Below are positions 60,165 to 64,000 of a stretch of 64,000 nucleotides of DNA, piece by piece; positions within the stretch are counted from its first letter, which is position 1, and the number at the start of each line of letters is the position of its first letter. The DNA comes from Octopus vulgaris (taxonomy: Eukaryota). The stretch covers positions 144,646,001 to 144,710,000 of the forward strand of contig OX597815.1 of assembly GCA_951406725.2 (NCBI GenBank), given 5' to 3'. The position numbers and the translations under genes were made by a program. Under the pieces are notes generated by a model. It did no database searches and was not told the origin of the DNA. It worked only from the letters and a program-made list of their open reading frames with translations.

Positions 60165-61125
60165 CGTCTACCAATCCACTCAGAAGGCTTTGGTTGGCCC
60201 GAGGCTACAGTAGAAGACACTTGCCCAACGTGCAACGCAGTGGGACTGAACCCGGAATCATGTGGTTGATAAACAAGCTATTTACCACACAGCCACTCCT
60301 GCGCCTATATATTTATTTTTACACTCTCTCTTGTTGGGTTGAACGATTTAGTTCCTTCGTCGCTCAACAGAATCAGTCGACCTTGCTATCGCACTTTCTT
60401 TCGTATTATTTTCTACATTTTTACTGGGTTTTTTATTGGTTTATTGTTTTATTATATTGTGTGTTTCATTGTTTTATTGTGTATATTTGTTGTATATTTG
60501 TTGTTGTGTGTATTTACAATTTATAATGTATGTCCAAGCACTGACCACTCACCTAAATCGATGGTCAGTCCACAAGCTATTGGTTACCTACTGCTCTTAA
60601 AAACGAAATACTATACACGCACACGTATACATACATATTTAATTATATATACACATACTTACAAACACACACACATATATACATATACACATACGTACAC
60701 ACACATATATACACATGCGTATTCAGTCATATATACATACATACATGCATACATACATACATACATACATACATACATACATACATACATACATACATAC
60801 ATACATACACACATATATTGACATATATACATACACACATACGCACACATACATACACACATACGCACACATACATACACATACGTATTCAGTCAGTCAT
60901 TCACACATACATACATACATACATACAAACATATTGACATATATTGACATATATACATACACACATACGCACACATACATACACATACGTATTCAGTCAG
61001 TCATTCACACATACACACACACGCACATACATACAAACATACATACATGCACACACATACATCATACATACATACATACATACATACATACATACATACA
61101 CACCTACATGCACACACACATACAT

Positions 61126-61156
<31 letters not shown>

Positions 61157-61778
61157 TACATACATACATACATACATACATACATACATACATACATACA
61201 TACATACATACATACATACATACATGTATACATATATAAACATACGCACATCCATATACATACAACCCGAAAGACAAATACAAATAAAAAACACGATAAA
61301 ACAAACAAAAACAATGTTTTCGGTGAAGTATTGTTCCTACACCTCCGCCTCCTCTTCTTCTCCTTTTTCTTCTTCTTCTTCTTCTTCTTCTTCTTCTTCT
61401 TCTTCGTCTCCTTCTTCTTCTCCTCCTCTTCCTCCTTCTTCTTTTCCTCTTCTTTCTATTTTCTCTGAATGAAAGATCAACATCTGAACAAGAGAAACAA
61501 GATTAAGACAACCAGATTAAAATGTCGAAACGAAATCCCGCTGCAAGTGGTACAAGGCCGGCTTTGACAAATCATAGGTTATATTTAGTGACTTTCGACC
61601 TGTTATGACATGAAACGGATGAGTGAAGGCCTTAATTGAGAGTCCTGTCTGACCAGTCGTGTAACAATTCACTTGCTTGTTGGAGCTTCTCAGAAAACGA
61701 ATTGAAGGCGAAAATCTGGTAGTTTTATATATAGCCTCCTCACTATGTATCTATCTATCTATCTATCTATCTATCTAC

Positions 61779-61817
<39 letters not shown>

Positions 61818-61904
61818 ATTAACCATCTATCTACAAATATAACTATTTATTTAACTATCTTAAGCTCTAACTACCCATGTAATTGAGTGAGAATATCTTT
61901 CGTC

Positions 61905-62440
61905 CTTTATCTTTTACTTGCTTCTGTCATAAAACTGCGGCCATGCTGGGGCACCGACTTGAAGATTCTTTTTTTTTTGTCGAATGAATCGATCCTAGTA
62001 CTTACTTTTAAAAAAAATTTGGTCCTTTTTCAATCGGTCATGTTTTGCCGAACTGCTAAGTTACGGAAATGTAAACATACCAACACCATTTGTCAAGCGG
62101 TGTTGGGTGAGAAACACACACACACACATGTATATCTACATATATGTATACGACGGGCTTCTTTCAGTTTCCGTCTACCAGATCCATTCACAAGTCTTCG
62201 GTCGGCCCAAGGCTATAATAGAAAACACTTGCCCAAGGTTCCACGCAGTGGGATTGAACCTGGAAACATATGGAAGAGAAGTAAGCTTCTTATTTCTTTA
62301 TTGCCCATAAGGGGCTAAAAATATAGGAGACAAACAAGGATAAACAAAGGGATTAAGTGCGTAACTGGTACTTAATTCATCGACCCCGAAAGGATGAAAG
62401 GTAAAGTTGACCTCGGCGGTATTTGAATTCAGAACGTAAC
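61905..62440 (-). mobile_element. SINE-A (61905-62290) and SINE-B (62291-62440)
   Basis: Family matches on the minus strand. Confidence 0.8.
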
Positions 62441-62454
62441 GTAACTCTGCTTCC

Positions 62455-62943
62455 GAAGACCTGTTGAGGCAAGTGAAATCGAAATTGAAATGAAATTCGA
62501 TGACTGGCATCCGTGCTAGTGGAGCACTAAGAGGACCATCCAAGTGTGATCGTTGCCAGAGCAGCTGACGGCTTCCGTGCCGGTGGCACGTAAAAACACC
62601 ATTCGAGGGTGATCGTCACCAGCGTTGCCTTACTGGCACTTGTGAAAAAACATTCGAGTGAAGTCGTTGCTAGTGCCGCTGGACTGGCTCATGTGTAGGT
62701 GGTACGTAAAAAACACCACTTGGGCATGGCCGTTCCCAGTACCGCCTGACTGGCCCTCGTGTCTGTGGAACGTAAAAGCACCCACTACACTCTCAGAGTG
62801 GTAGGCGTTAGGAAGGACATCCAGCTGTAGAAACTCTGCCAGATCAGATTGGAGCCTGGTGCAGCTATCTTGTTCGCCAGTCCTCAGTCAAATCATCCAA
62901 CCCATGCTAGCATGGAAAGCGGACGTTAAACGATGATGATGAT
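62455..62943 (+). mobile_element. SINE-like element with internal tandem subrepeats and (GAT)n tail
   Basis: Repeated GTGGCACGTAAAAACACC-type units; tail CCATGCTAGCATGGAAAGCGGACGTTAAACGATGATGAT; tail fragment also near 47685-47730 (-). Confidence 0.7.
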
Positions 62944-64000
62944 ATATATATATATATATCAAGTAGCGGTGATCTCGGCGGTGTCGATAAGCTCGTTTGC
63001 ACTCTAGCGTGTCTTTGGCAAACAAGGTTTAATCTAAATACAAAAGAAATTTATCTGCTGAAAGTTTTATTGTTGTTAATACTGTTATTTTTTTTATTGT
63101 TTGTTTGTTTATTGTAATTATTATCGCTATTGTAATTATTTCCTGTGCAAAGGAGGCATTCGTGTTTTGTCTTTAGTCTCTAAATGAACCTTATCACTAT
63201 TGTAATGTCAACCGAATTATAATTTATTGTTATATAAACAAGTGAATTCTTGGGTGACAAAGTACTAATAGACAAGTACTGAATATTATCAACCACTCCC
63301 ACGTCCACTGTGTATATCGCTGTTGCTAGGAAAACGCTGTTTGATTGGTTGTGATTTTAATTTTACCCCTTACCCACAACTAGGGTGATGTTGAACTTCC
63401 TCTGAACGTTTCTTGAAGTCTGAATTGAAGTCTTCACTCACCAATCCGAAGTGTCGACTGTTCAAACGCCTGGTGAGATGATTGATTGTGCAATTCATAT
63501 AAGTAATTTTACATGTAATACATTGTAAACAAATAAACACCTTTGATAGCGAAACATATGTAACATAATTCGAGTGAAAATTACATTATTCATATTCCTT
63601 CATGATAAATGTGTGTGTATGTGTTTGTGTGTATCTGGGTGTGAACATTTATTTATCTAAATATCTATTGTGTGTGTATATGTATATATATGTGTGTGTG
63701 AGTGTGTGTGTGTATGTATAATATGGGTGGCTTATTAACAATTTAACAATTATTAGCAATTTAAAGGCAAATTTATTGACATCACTAAAGTGACAGAGGG
63801 TACAAAGTGGTATCGGCATTGCTAGAAATCAGTGTCAAAACTACTCAATAGTCACAAATGCACTCTCTTAATGACTGACAAGGGAGGTATGTTCCCTAGC
63901 AAAAATGGCCAGATCACCGGTAATTTCGAATTTTAATGCAGTGCATCTTAATTCTCATCGGTGGCTCTTACAGCGCCTAGGGTTAAACTCAACTCACCTT

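Noticed and set aside
57545-60213. Duplicated ORFs MTTSSSHRG... and MRDRRRQS...
   Set aside because: Incidental frames within the two LTR copies.

Overview
AT-rich, repeat-saturated animal genomic DNA; the SINE and microsatellite content looks like a coleoid cephalopod such as Octopus (inference). No host protein-coding gene can be supported, and nearly all listed ORFs are translated microsatellites. Coding-derived elements: a Tc1 transposase remnant (1-683), a decayed full-length mariner (33688-34941), a frameshifted near-full-length Tx1/L1-type LINE (39918-45230), a 5'-truncated CR1-type LINE with an open RT frame (54560-56692) plus a second fragment, and an R4/Dong endonuclease fragment in a (TAA)n tract. 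There is also a non-coding Gypsy-type LTR element with a tRNA-Trp PBS and 4-bp TSD, at least four SINE-like families and several MITEs. Highlights: (1) about ten minimal type-I hammerhead ribozyme motifs from several unrelated short foldback elements, mostly beside (TA)n tracts and resembling Penelope-like pLTRs or retrozymes; (2) a tRNA-headed SINE-like element whose tail carries a hammerhead; (3) a ~2.8 kb inverted duplication ~15 kb apart that appears to be a templated insertion into a broken SINE; (4) an LTR pair nearly identical except for a divergent U5 end. All structures were read by eye; none was checked computationally.
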